Shown here in pieces: positions 37,319 through 50,240 of a DNA stretch of 64,000 nucleotides. The translations under genes were made by a program, and so were the position numbers. The DNA is from Octopus bimaculoides (Eukaryota): assembly GCF_001194135.2 (NCBI RefSeq), contig NC_068993.1, forward strand, positions 36,640,259 to 36,704,258. Reading direction: 5' to 3'. The notes beneath the pieces are model-generated. The model did no database searches, was not told the origin of the DNA, and saw only the letters and a program-made list of their open reading frames with translations. Position 1 is the first letter of the stretch. Every line of letters starts with the position of its first letter.

Positions 37319-37434
37319 ACTTTACACATACAGAAATAAACAACTGCTCTATATTTTACAGGGTATGCTCTTTTTCTGATTTATGATCTTATAATGAAGA
37401 TCATATTTATATATAGATATATACATATATGTGT

Positions 37435-37760
37435 GTGTGAAGGTGGTTACAGCGTCGAGCTTACGCTCGTGAGGTTGTGAGTTTGAATCCTGGACCGGGC
37501 TGTGTGGTGTGTTGTTGAGCAAGACACTTTATTTCATGTTGCTCCAGTTCACTCAGCTGTAGAAATTGCAACGTCACAGGTACCAAGCTGTATCAGCCTT
37601 TGCCTGTCACTTGGATAACACTGGTGGCGTGGAGAGGGGAGGCTGGTATCCATGGGTGACTGCTGGTCTTCCATAAACAACCTTGCCCGGGCTTGTGCCT
37701 GGGAGGGTAACTTTTTAGGTACAATCCCAGGGTCAGTCACGACCGAAAGTGGGGTCTCAT
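37435..37760 (+). mobile_element. tRNA-derived SINE, distinct family
   Basis: B-box-like GAGTTTGAATCC followed by GAGCAAGACACTTTATTTC...CAGTTCACTCAGCTG, resembling conserved central domains of invertebrate SINE superfamilies. Confidence 0.55.
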
Positions 37761-38974
37761 ATATATTCTCTTATTCTTTTACTTGTTTCAGTCATTCTAT
37801 GCTGGAGCACGACCCTGAAGGGTTTTAATTGAACAAATCGACCCTAGGACTTATTTTTTAAGCCCCAGTACTTATTCTATTGGTCTCTTTTGCCAAACCT
37901 CTAAGTTATGAAGGCATAAACTCACCAACACTGGTTGACAAGCAGTGATAAGGGGATAAACACAGACACACACACACAACAGGCTTCTCTTGGTTTTTGT
38001 CTAGCAAATTCATTCACAATGCTTTGGTCAGCCTGAGGCCATAGTAGAAGACACTTGCCCAAGGTGCTGTACAATGGGACTGAACCTGGAACCATGTAGT
38101 TGGGAAGCAAGCATCTTACCATACAGCCACACCTGGCAAAGTTATTTTACTAAGTTCTTCATTTTCAGAATTAACCAAAACAAAGGCAGTGAATTTCACC
38201 AGAAATATGGTAAAAGGATTAACCTTGGCCAGAAATTCTAACTTCTATCTATTGCTGTTGTTGTTGTTTAAGCCTGGGTTAGACCTGATGGAGCAAGCCT
38301 ATGATTGAAGGCTTTTCAGCCTTAACCAATATATCTGTTTCTATATCTATGATATTGTCGAATGTGTCGCTTTTTTTTTTTTAGATGGTAAGGTGTGATT
38401 CAAAGGAGATTTGTTTGCTATATCTTGCATGCCAAGCAGCCATATGCATATGTAGAGAGAGAGGCATCCTCTAGTAATGTTGATGAGTAGAACTGATAAA
38501 TAACAGCAGCGGCGGCAGTTAGTTATGGTGCTGATGATGATTGTGATGGTAGCAGAGGTGGTGTTGTTGTTGGCATTGGTGTTGCAGTCGTTATTGTTGT
38601 TTAGTTTCAAGTGGTGGTGGTAGTGGTTGGTGATGGAGGAACTGACAAAGATAACAAAAGCAATGAAGGAGGATGAGAAGTATGCAATAGAGATGGTGGT
38701 AGCAATGATGATGGTGGTGGTGGTGTGTAGTTATTGATATTATAGATGTTAATATACTGTCCTTGATGACATTAAAAAGAAATGTCTAAATATTGAGAAA
38801 CAAAAATTGTTCTTTGTTTTTCCTTCAGACACTCCTTTTTGAAGATGGCTACTTAATGACTGGTAAACAAACAGCAACATAGGATGCAAAAAAAAAAAAA
38901 AAACACCCTCTACTATAATCCTAACAGTGTTGACTATCACTTTTGTCCTATAAGGAATTGGGAAAATAAAGTAC

Positions 38975-39203
38975 CAGTCAAGTGCAGGGATCACTTTATT
39001 TGACTGCCCTACTTGGTCAAGTACAAAGGTCACTTTATTTCACTGCCCTACTGGTCAAGTGCTTGGGTCACTTTATTTGACTTCCCTGCTGGACAAATAC
39101 AGGGGTGACTTTATTTAACTGCCCTCCTGGTCAAGTGCTGATGCCACTTTATTTGACTGTCCTACTGGTTGAGTATTAGGGTCAGTTTACTCAGCTGCCC
39201 TCT
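38975..39203 (+). repeat. 38-bp minisatellite, about 6 diverged units
   Basis: CACTTTATT-like anchors at 38992, 39031, 39069, 39107, 39145 and 39183. Confidence 0.85.
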
Positions 39204-41439
39204 CCGCCAATATGTCATCATTCACTGTTAAAAACCATGAATGCGTGAAGTAGCTGAAACACTGGAGTGCCTGCCATCTAAATAACTTGCTGTATTTAGT
39301 TACATCCCTTAGTGTTCTGAGCTTAATTCTCATTGAAGCCATTGTTGCTTTTCATCATTCTGGGTTTGATAAAATAAAAGTCTGGAGGAAGAGTAGTGAC
39401 CGTGGTCATTGCAAGGTCTCTGAGAATAGTTAGGTTGATAGCACTCTTGTCCTATTTAAATTGTTATAAGCTGATAATAACAGGAAAGATATGTGCGTGG
39501 AGAAAACTCCAGAGTATTGACATTCTGGGGAAGAAGGACTGTATGTATTCTTTGGTATGTGGCTTCAGAATGACAAAGGAGTTAAACATTCCTTGATTGA
39601 TGTATCCTAAGGAATAGAGGCCATTGTCATAGTAGTTAAAAAGGTAGAGAGAGAGAGAGCACATATTTGGGCCAGACACTGAAGTATGTCTGTGAATGGC
39701 TTTATGCCCATTAATTGACTTTTCTGTGGATGTAATCAAGAATGTCTGTGTGTTTAGTGGCTGCATCATATCTGATGCTGACCTGCTCCGCCACCCCACT
39801 CAAATACTGGTGGGAGTTGGCGGAGGTTAATAAAATTGATAATACCTTTCCTTCAGATTTTAGGTTTTGTGCTTAGATATTAAAGCATATGACAGGATTG
39901 ATCATTGCTAGTTGCTGACTGCCCTAAATATAGTTGGTTTTAGTCCCATCTTCAGAAGCTGAATTGCTACAATCTACAGCAGTATCTCTTCAGTGGTTAA
40001 CCTAAACAATCATGAAACCATGCTGCATCATAAACTTGGTTTGAGAAGGATACCACTCCACTGGTCTCTTCTAATGTTTTGGAGCCTTTGTAGCGAAATT
40101 GAGGTGCATCACACTTGAAGTAGGACACAGGAGAACCATATCTGCATAAGTATACAATACCATCATGGTATTGCATATACTGGTTTCAAATGTTGACACA
40201 AGGGGTGGGGGTGGGGGGAGCCGACCCCAGTGTTCAACTAATACTTATTTTATCTACCCCAAAAGGATGAAAGACAACATTAACCTCAGTGGTATTTGAA
40301 CTCAGTATGTAAAAGCAGACAAAATGCTACTAAGCATTTTGCCTGATATGCTAACAATTCTGCCAGCTTACCACCTTCATGGTGTTGCATATATTGGAAA
40401 TCATGATCATTAGTACCATTCTTGAGAACCAGAAGGAATGAGAGCATACATTAACTGGGAACATGATAGGTTTGCAAACTGGTATCTAGAGAAACAAAGC
40501 AATGTAGGACGGCAACTTCTGTTGCTAAATCAAGGTACAGGTGTTGTTCAGGCAAGATTCCCAGCTGAATAAAAACTGGAAAGAAGTTGTGAAAAGGGAA
40601 GCCAGTGTGACCCAAATTTCATTTGAGAGGAAGCTGTTCTTGAAAGATCACATGTTAAGGGAATGACATTTACACCACTTTTGTGAGGTTGCACTACCTG
40701 ACTATTGTGTCTTATCCCAGGAAAAATCTAACCAGATTCTGGAGCATATACTCTTTCACCTCTTACAGAGGGGACATGTTCCTCTGGTCAGGTGGTTTAT
40801 CTTAGAATAGGGCCTTAGAACAGCCCTAAGAACTACTTTTCTTCCTGACTAAACAATAACACACATAAACTCACAACACACAAGAAAGCAGCACTTCCCT
40901 CCTTACCCTCAGCTTCCTTTTCAAGTGCCACTTAAAGAAGTTGATGAAAACTTGGCCAGAGAGAAAAAAAATCTTTATCTTCAAACCTTCTAACTTTGAT
41001 CACCAAACAACTTCCTTCATCATATCCACCAAGCAAAGAAAGACGAGCTGCCCTTCCTTGTCAAAAGAAAGCAGCTGGTCAGTTTTCATAACAAATTCAA
41101 CTGATAGCCGGATGTCTTATAAATGACAGCAGCTGTTCACCATAAGCTAATGAGTTCGTAAAGCATAGGCACTGAATGAGAGAGGGCAGGATGGTTTCAT
41201 TGCCCTCTGTATATCTCTTACTGTTCCATTCAGACTTCCATTTTCATTCTATTTTTCTTTCCCATTTCTTTTTTTGATTTCTACATAAACCTTGACTCTT
41301 CTTGTAATGTATCCATATAATATTCCCTCAGTTATTACCCTTGTGGCAAATGAAAAGACTTGTGGAACCGATATCCGGGTATTTAAGCCTAACCCATAGC
41401 ATCCTCCCAGACCAGGTCTGGGTTATGGCCGTCACCTTG

Positions 41440-42690
41440 TCTGTGACACCAGATACTGATGGTCAACACTATTGAATACTTTAGACTGGTCTAAATTCAC
41501 CAGTGCCCCACCCTTGCCAGGAACTTTACTAACCCTCTCTATGATGTAGCAAATGACGTGAAGGTTGTCATGTATTGTCCTTCCTGTCTGTGCCTCTCCC
41601 ACCAAGCTGCCTACGACAAGCCTCACTCTCTTGGCTAACACCTTGGCCAAAATCTCTAACTCTGTGTTTAGCAGAGTTATAGGCCTGAAATCATTAATGA
41701 TATCCCCCTTGTTTGGGTCCTTCCTGATCAGTGTTACTACTCCCCAGCTCACTGACTTGGGAACTCTCCCATTCTGCTGCCAGTTTGTGTATACACCGGC
41801 CAATATGTTCCTGAACAAGTCTGGCATACTTTTATAAAATTCATACAGTAGACCATCCAGTCCTGGTAACTTGTCCCCAGGGCACTCAGAAAGCACCTCT
41901 ATAACCTCCACAGCTGTGATCGGCCTTTCACAGTACTCAGCCTCACATGCCGAGATACTTGGGCCACCGGCCAAGAAATCCCGAAGGGCATCCCCATGGT
42001 CCAGCACCCCACCCCTCCTGAACAACTCGGCGAAGTGCTCGTGAAATGCCTTACACATCTCTTCCTGTCCTTGGATCTCCTGTCCATACTCATCTACCAC
42101 AAATCTTATCATAGCACCTATGCCACATTGGGTTTCTACCGAGCGAGCCCACCCAGAAACATTGATATCCTCGTGATCCAGTGCATGTACTTTTGCCCGA
42201 ACTCTGCATCCTTTGTGTTTGGCATTGAGGTGTCAGTCCAAGACTGATCTCACCGCCAAAACTTGGGGTGCAGAGCCCACTATCAGTGCCTCTTCTAACA
42301 CCTTAACTAAATTCCCTTCTACTCTAGCCTGTTCTAGACTTAACTGTTTGCTAAATCTAATAGACTCAAATCGAATGGCTCGTTTGAGGGAACACCACCA
42401 CCGGTTATTTAACACAGTGCCAGTTAGTGCCCTCATTACTAATTCCTTAATCTGGCTACAGTAAGTTTTGCAAGCCAATAGGGACTTGTTCAGCTTCCAG
42501 TAGCCAGACTGCTGTCTATGGACTTTATCTATATGCATCCTACACATCACTAATTTGTGATCTGTGTAGGGTACATAGGTAAATTGTGGACAACTAAGAC
42601 TAGACTTATCTCTAGAATTAACTATTATCCTATCTATATAAGACCTAATTGATCTGTCATTATTACTCCAAGTCCACATTAGAACACTCG
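41440..42690 (-). mobile_element. Tx1/L1-clade LINE fragment (end of APE endonuclease, linker, start of RT)
   Basis: WTWSN..RSYIDRI...YTDHKLV, GYWKLNKSLL, KLPGLDGL.YEFY, VTLI.K...DFRPITLLNTE..ILAKVLA.R, GRTIHDNL, LVNLDQSKVFNSVDH.YL. Truncated at both ends with a break near 42200. Confidence 0.85.
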
Positions 42691-44055
42691 GATTATCAAG
42701 TCTGTATAAATATATATATATACACACATACACATACATATAGACTGAGTTGTCTGGTGATATGAAGTTCTTGAGAAGACCAGCCCACATCAGCGAAACT
42801 GAGTTCTAGAAGCACTGTGTGTCCTACCCACACTTAACAAGAAAACTTCTCACACACTCTACCACAACAAACCAAGCTACATCGCTAAATCTCTTCTCTT
42901 CCTCACATCTCCACTTCATGCACTAAGCTTACCTCCCACTTCTCAATCCTGTCCTCTTGGCCCTGTGCAACTATATGATTGCTCTCTGCAAGCTTCCGAC
43001 CTGTGTGTTCCACCCATGCACTGCCTCAATATATCACTGCTATCTGCTAGCCCCCTGATCATTGCTATCCGGTAGCCCCCACTGACTATATATATATCCA
43101 GGTTTTTGCCACTCACTCCCCACCTCCATACTCTTTAATCACACTTCCTTCACAATATCCTGCCGCTTATATTATAGAGTTCGAACCTCAAGAGTCTGCC
43201 CTGGCACTTGCCACCATGTATATCTCTCTCTTCCTTTACTCAACCATCCCATTTATATTCTTCTCCCCAGCTCTTGTGAGTATGCCAGGCACTTTGCCAC
43301 CATCTCTATCCTGTTGTCTCCCACTCTCTCTCCTTCTCCTGCACTTCCCTCATGTATTTCCTTTACAGCAGCACACCTGTTTCTGTCTTCATTGCAGCTG
43401 CACATCTGTTTGTACCTCCTCTACAGCAAGACACCTGTTTCTGTTTATCTGCCTCACTATAACTTTTCATCACCCAACACAAGATCGTCTCCTCCAATGA
43501 CCCCTCCCCTTTCAAAAGAGGTTTTTTTTGTTTTGTTTTGCAAGTACTTGGTGACCCTGTCAGTGCAGGTGCCACTTAAAAGTGGTTGGTGTTTGGAAGG
43601 GCATCCAGCTGTAAAAAACCTTGCCAAAACTAACCTTGCCTGTACTTGTGCCATGTAAAAAGCACTCAGTCCACTCTGTTGAGTAGTTGGTGTTAGGAAG
43701 AGCATCCAGCTGTAAAAGTTCTGCCAAAACAGTTACAGAAGTCTGGTGCAGGCTTCTGCCTGGCCGGCTCTTGTGACACTGCCCACCCATGTCAGCCTGG
43801 AAGGCGGGAGTTGAATGATGATGATGATTATGATCACACACACACACATACATACACATACACAAAATGGACTTTTTTTAGTATCCATCCTCTAAATCCA
43901 CTTAAAAGGCTTTGACCAGCCTGGAGCTGTAGTGAAAGACACTTACTCAAAGTGCTACACAGTAGGATTGAACCTGGAACCATATGGTTGAGAAGCAAAC
44001 TTCTTACTACACAGCCATGACTGCATCTATTATTAACAAAAAAAATTAAAATTCA

Positions 44056-44694
44056 AATATAAAGAAATAATAATCGTTTCTATTATAGGTACCAGGCCAG
44101 AAATTTTGAGAGAGAGGTCTTGATTGATAACATCAACCCAATACTCAACTGGTACTTATTTTATTGACAACGAAATGATGAAAGGCAAAGTTGCTGTTGG
44201 TAGAATTTGAACTAAGACCATGAAGATGTAAAAAATGCAACTGAGCATTTTGTCCAGCATTCTTACGATTCTGTTAGCTTGCTGCCTTAGAAATCATCAT
44301 CATCATCATCGTCGTTTAAAGTCCGCTTTCTATGCTAGCATGGGTTGGACGATTTGACTGAGGACTGGTGAACCAGGTGGCTACACCAGGCTCCAATCTG
44401 ATCTGGCAGAGTTTCTACAGCTGGATGCCCTTCCTAATGCCAACCACTCCAAGAGTGTAGTGGGTGCTTTTACATGCCACCAGCACGAGGGCCAGAATCC
44501 TTTCTACTAAAGGCAAAAGGCCTGAGATTTTGAGGAGGGAACTAGTCAATTACATCGACCCTAGTGTTTTACTGGTACTTAATTCATTGATCCCAAAAGG
44601 ATGAAAAGCAAAGTTGACCTTGGTGGAATTTGAAATCAGAATGTAAGGATAGATGAAATGCCACTAAGCATTTTGCCCAGCATGAGAAATAATG

Positions 44695-44734
<40 letters not shown>

Positions 44735-44891
44735 TGATGATGATGATAATAATAATAATTTTTTTAAAATAATACATTTTTTTTGTTTTTTGTTTGTTTG
44801 CTCGTTTGTTTTAAATGTCAGAGTAGGATATAGCTGTGAATTGTCACTCACCTAGAGCGTCATGTTCTGAGTTACATTGTATGCATATGCA

Positions 44892-44934
<43 letters not shown>

Positions 44935-46043
44935 ATGTGTGAATGTGCATGTGAATGTGTGCATATGTGTATATGCATGTGCATATGTGTGCACACATGT
45001 ATGTTTGTGTGCACATATGTATGTATGTGTTCAAAAATTTACAATTTGTGACCCTGACTGAATTGGTAAGCAAAATTACCTACAAGCAAACTGGCTGGTT
45101 GGTTGGTTGGCTGGCTGGCTGGTTTGTTAGTTGGCTGGTTGTTATTTGACACACAGGTGTCCACTCTCAACAGATCCACTTGTCACAGAATAGATTAAAA
45201 GATGACAGCCAGTCTGTTCAACACAACATCTTTTTTACCTTTTGACCTAGAAATCTAGAGTGGGGGGGGGCAAAAGAAAAATATAGACAGACAGACAAAT
45301 AGCTAGGTAGACAGAAAGGGAAAGAGAGAGAGAGAGAGAGAAACAGACATAGAGAGAAACAAAGATACACATGAAATATGCACACACACACATATGTATG
45401 CATATGCATGTCTATACACACATATGTACATACATGCACACAAACACACACACATATATGACACGTTATCAAGCATGCCCACTTTACTATTATGTTTACA
45501 TGCAGTGAGTGTCCCTAGATAGTTTTTCCCAGTTGTTTAAATACCACATGCATGTGCATGCACACACACGCATGTATCACATTTGGTGACCTGTCCATGG
45601 GAGCATGGTGTAACTACTTGTAATAAAAAAGACTCAAAAGAATAGGAATGTTAAAATGCTCACAAAAGTTCTTTTGGTAGACCTACACTTTTTATAATGC
45701 ATACATGCTGCATGTATATATGTGCAATTATGCATGCATACATGAATACATGCATGGGAAGAGAGATGAGAGAGAACATGGAAGAGAAACAGAGAAATAA
45801 AAGAAAAAGATAGATTGATAGAGGGGGTAGTTAAATATATACATATGCAAGGAGACAGAGATAGATAATTACATATATAACTATGTAGGGAGTTAGATAG
45901 ACAGATGAATAGACCGATAGATAGATAGAGGGGAAGATACATACATACATATGAAGGGAGATAAATAGTTGCATATGTTGGGAGATAGATAAATAGATAG
46001 ACAGATAGTTAGATACATACAAACATGTAGGGAGATAGATAAC

Positions 46044-46078
<35 letters not shown>

Positions 46079-46581
46079 GGAGAGAGAGAAAGAGATGATG
46101 ACGACAACAATGACAACAACAACAACAACGATGATGATGATAAGGAAGAGGAGGAGGAATCTGTTTTAGAAAAAAATATAAATTTCTAAGTAATTATGTA
46201 ATTAATTAGTATGAGTTTTTCATTTTAAGTAAAATATTCTTGATTTGGGGCAAGTATTTTATTCAAATTAAAATGTTTTGAGGAACTTTCTTTAAAATAC
46301 ATTTAAAAAATAATTTTTTTAAGACATTAGATAATTTAAAGGAGGGGATTAGATAGATAGAAAAACTCCTGCAAGAAAAAAATGCTACAATGCTCAGATG
46401 CATTTTTTACATCTTCATGGTCTTAGTTCAAATTCTACCAACAGCAACTTTGCCTTTCATCATTTCGTTGTCAATAAAATAAGTACCAGTTGAGTATTGG
46501 GTTGATGTTATCAATCAGACCTCTCTCTCAAAATTTCTGGCTTTGTACCTATAATAGAAACGATTATTATTTCTTTATATT
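44056..46581. repeat. Inverted duplication: 44056-44249 versus 46389-46581
   Basis: ~193-bp arms, near-identical including substitutions private to this old SINE-C copy; ~2.1-kb spacer rich in simple repeats. Confidence 0.85.
45880..46160. repeat. (GATA)n / (GA)n / (CAA)n / (GAT)n microsatellite cluster, representative of the many (TA)n, (CA)n, (GA)n and (GATA)n tracts in the window
   Basis: Directly visible; these tracts generate most of the spurious ORFs in the track. Confidence 0.9.
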
Positions 46582-46589
46582 GTGAAATA

Positions 46590-47225
46590 CAGAACTTCAA
46601 TGGCTTTATATGGTTACAGTGTGTAACAGATTTGCTGAACTATCCAACAACAGGGATACTGTTACAGAGCAATATGGCAAGTTTGTGCAATCAAATGAAG
46701 AAGCAGCAGCAAAACTAACACTGATAAGGAAGAGGATGGAATGGAAAAAGTTAGCTGATGATCCTAGGGTAGAAAAAGCACGCAGTGAAGCACAAGAGGC
46801 ATTCAGCAACTATCAAAAAGCTGCCAACAACGATACAAACTTTGCAAAGAAAGAAAGAGGGTCTAAAATAGATGTACCAAGAGATTCAAGAAGAGAAACT
46901 GGATGAAATGATCTCCCAGGTCGAAAATGCAGACACAAAAAGTAAGCATGAAGAAAGCTGGAGGCTGATTAATTCCATCACTGGTTGCAAAGCAGGTAAT
47001 CATCAAAGGGAAATCAAAGGACAAGAGAATCAAGAAATGGTACACTCATTTCTACAACTTACTTGGGAAGGATCCAGAAGTTGAGAGTGAAACAGAAAAT
47101 GACGAATTAGCAAAGATACTTGACGGTTTGCAAATTGAGGATGGAGACTTCACAAAACAAGAAATAGAAAGAGCTACAAGTAACTTGAAAGAAGGAAAAC
47201 AAACTGGTCCCGACAACATTCCTAC
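46590..47225 (+). mobile_element. RTE-type LINE relic (EN-RT linker and start of RT)
   Basis: Frameshifted ...ESWRLINSITG..., W..HF..LLG, FTKQEIERA...LKEGKQTGPDNIP. Confidence 0.6.
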
Positions 47226-47421
47226 ACTTGGATCCCTGAATTGAACTAAATTACTGATATATGTATATATATATGGATTATAAAAAAACTTTGATGAATT
47301 TCTAGTAGGAAATTCCTTACATGCTTATTTACCATGTAAATCTTTGTCATTCCTGTTAGCAAATGAAACATGTGTAATGGAGAATAAACAATACTAAAAA
47401 ATCTCCACTTTCATGTTTTGT

Positions 47422-47453
<32 letters not shown>

Positions 47454-47917
47454 AGTGTGTGTGTATAAATTTCATTAGCTACCTTTCAGATAATGTTATT
47501 TAGACACAGGTCAGGCCTAACATAGCTGCTTTATGATCAAAGGCATTCCACCCATGACTCACCACCAGAACAAAGCTAAGAGAAGCCAAGGAACCATTAA
47601 AAAACAAAGATTTGGATGGAGTTGGGGAAAGCCTTCAACAAGGATAAGTGGAATTAAATCCTCGATGGCCTATGCCTTAGGAAAGGCCAAAAGCCGGAGA
47701 GAGTGATACCTAGGACTATATTCTCCAATGTATATTTTGTTGTTTTAAGAAAGTAGGATGTGATTTGAAGGAGAGTTGGCTTCTATTTCTAGCTGGTCTA
47801 GCAACAGTGTGTTATCTTGGATATCTATTGTTTGAATAATTCAGTACCATGTCATTACCGGTTTGATTCAACAGCAAGATACCCCTAGATAGAAGAGTGC
47901 TGATGAAATAATTACTA

Positions 47918-48064
47918 TGAGGGTGTGCTGAAAAGTTCTTGGCTTTAAGGGTATTGCGAAAGGCCCAAACTTCTGAGTTCTTTCACAGGGCTTAGAAAAG
48001 AATGAAGGACCTCTGCAATAACTGTGTGAATCTGAGAAGCCAGAAACTTTTCAGCACGCCCTCA
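47918..48064. mobile_element. Mariner-derived MITE, 147 bp
   Basis: ~28-bp TIRs TGAGGGTGTGCTGAAAAGTTCTTGGCTT / AAGCCAGAAACTTTTCAGCACGCCCTCA, with TA on both sides. Confidence 0.8.
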
Positions 48065-48606
48065 TACTGATATATTTCACATGTCTGACCACTGGGAAAT
48101 ATTACTTTGCTTGGAAACAGGTGAAGGTTGCGAATAGGGAGGCATTCAGCTGTAAAAAAAAATCTGCCTCAGTGAATTCTGTCTGACCCATGCAAGCATG
48201 GAAAAGTGGACATTAAAATCATGACAATAATGGTTATGATGATATTTGAAGTTGATTTAATCAAATGCTCCACCCTCATCTACTTTCTGTTCAAATTAAA
48301 TATTTATCTCATGCAAGAGTTTTAAGTGCAGTGAAATTATCAAATATTTGCAGTCATCAATGAACTTGCTGATTAGCAAAGATAGATCATATAAGAGGCT
48401 TTTATGAGAAAATAATTTTTATTGCACAGATGTAGCTGTATGGTAAAGAAGTTTGCTTCTTATCCATATGGTCTCAGGTTCGTTTACTTAAGTGTGGTTC
48501 CTTAGGTATGTCTTCTAGTAGAGTCCCAGACCAACCAAAGCTGTGTGAGTGAATTTGGTAGATGGAAATTGAAAGGAACCTGTCATACAGTGTCATTATA
48601 TATATA

Positions 48607-49747
48607 TTGGGTCATCCCATAAATAATGCAGTTTTTTATACTTATAATTTTCAAAATTAAGATAAAGTTCTTTCTTAATCTAAAATAGACTCTCCTTCAT
48701 TTTCTACAATGCTCTTCCATCTATCTGGTAGATTTGCAAGGCCCCTATTCCAAAATTCACTTGTCCATGACAAAAAATACTCTTCCAGTACTGTTCTGAC
48801 CTTGTCTACAGAATTCATATTTTTTCCATCCAAATGATTTTGAAGACTGCGGAATAAATGATAATCAGATGGGGCAATGACTGGCGAATATGGTGGGTGG
48901 GGCATCGTATTCCATTCAAACTGCTCCAGCTTTTGGAATGTCATCTTTGCTGCATGTGGCCGAACATTATCCTGATGGAAGAACGCCTTTCATCTTGAAA
49001 TCAAAGATGGTCATTTTTCTTCTAGCAGTGACTTAAGCCACTTGCAGTAGGTCTTCTTTGTGGGTGAAGACCTTCTTTAGCCTGGGTTACCAGTGTTTCT
49101 CCTTTCCCCTACCCACTGTCTTTGATGCTTAACATTTTTATAGAATCCATTTCTCGTCACCACTTACTATTTGGTCCAAAAAATGGTTCATTCGTAAGAT
49201 GTGACAGCAAAGAAGAGCACACATTCACTCTCTGCATGTGATTAGACTTAGAAAGATTGTGAGGAACCCATTGACCCAATTTTCTGAATTTTCCAATAGC
49301 ATGCAGGTATCGATGAATGGTTGAATGACCAAATCCAAGCTTCTCTGCTAATTCCTCAACAGTTACATTGGGATTTTGTTTCACCAGAGTTTGCAGGATG
49401 TCCTCGTCAAGCTCTACAGATCTACTTGGCTGTAGTTTCTGGAACCACCGTTGACACTGGCTTACACTTATTGTCTGATCCCCATATACTGCATTAATAT
49501 TCCTTGCACTTTCTGTTGTTTTGTTGCCTTTATTGAACTCATAAAAGCAAAATATGCTCCTTTGTCACTTCCAGTACAGCTTTGAAAAAACAACTGTTAA
49601 AATTGAACTGCACTCTTCAAAACTTGCACTAAGAATAAGGTCAAGGTAAAATTACTACCTGTTTTTATAGGAAGATGGTGCAGGTAATTTATCCAGCTTT
49701 TAGTTCATGCAATTGAAAAAGACCACATTATTTGTGCGATGACCATA
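48607..49747 (-). mobile_element. Decayed mariner (DD34D, SETMAR/Mos1-like) transposon
   Basis: HTH region TVEELAEKLG.GHSTI.RYL and WVPHNL; GDEKW; HPPYSPVIAPSDYHLF. Imperfect TIRs TTGGGTCATCCCATAAATAATGCAGTTTT / AAAAAGACCACATTATTTGTGCGATGACCA in TA context. The middle of the catalytic domain is rearranged or missing. Confidence 0.85.
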
Positions 49748-50185
49748 TATGTGTGTGTGCGTGTGTATTTCTATATCTATCTATATATATTACATATACA
49801 TATATATCTTTTATCTTTTACTCATTAGACTGCAGCTATGCTGAAGCACTGCCTTGAGGAATTTTAGTTGAGTTGACCTCAGTACCCAGGACCATGTGGT
49901 TGGGAAGTAAACTTCTTACCACAGCCACACCACCTATATATAATATATATATATAATAATAATAATGATAATAATATTAGGGATAAAAATCCAAATTTAC
50001 AGGTAAAAACTCAATTAGATTCAATTTATCAAAAATTAAAATGAAATTATTATTATCATTATTTTAAGATTTTTACTTTGTATTATACTTATATTTATTT
50101 ATCATGCATTTACTTATTAATTTTTCTATGTGACTGTGGATTTTCATGGATGAGTTCATGAACTTTGGTTCTTTTCTCTAAAACT

Positions 50186-50240
<55 letters not shown>

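Larger units (their letters stand above)
35790..37350 (+). mobile_element. 5'-truncated Penelope-like retroelement (PLE) with an inverted copy of its 3' end placed head-to-head
   Basis: Contains the GIY-YIG ORF at 36487-37131. 36083-36457 is the reverse complement of 36903-37278 (diverged but clearly alignable). Both arms end in the motif TAAACAACTGCT (37337-37348 plus; 35798-35809 minus). Hammerhead cores lie downstream of the ORF on both arms. Confidence 0.85.

Noticed and set aside
38975-39203. CRISPR-like array (also 58400-58978)
   Set aside because: Contiguous tandem units with no unique spacers, in a eukaryotic context with no cas genes.
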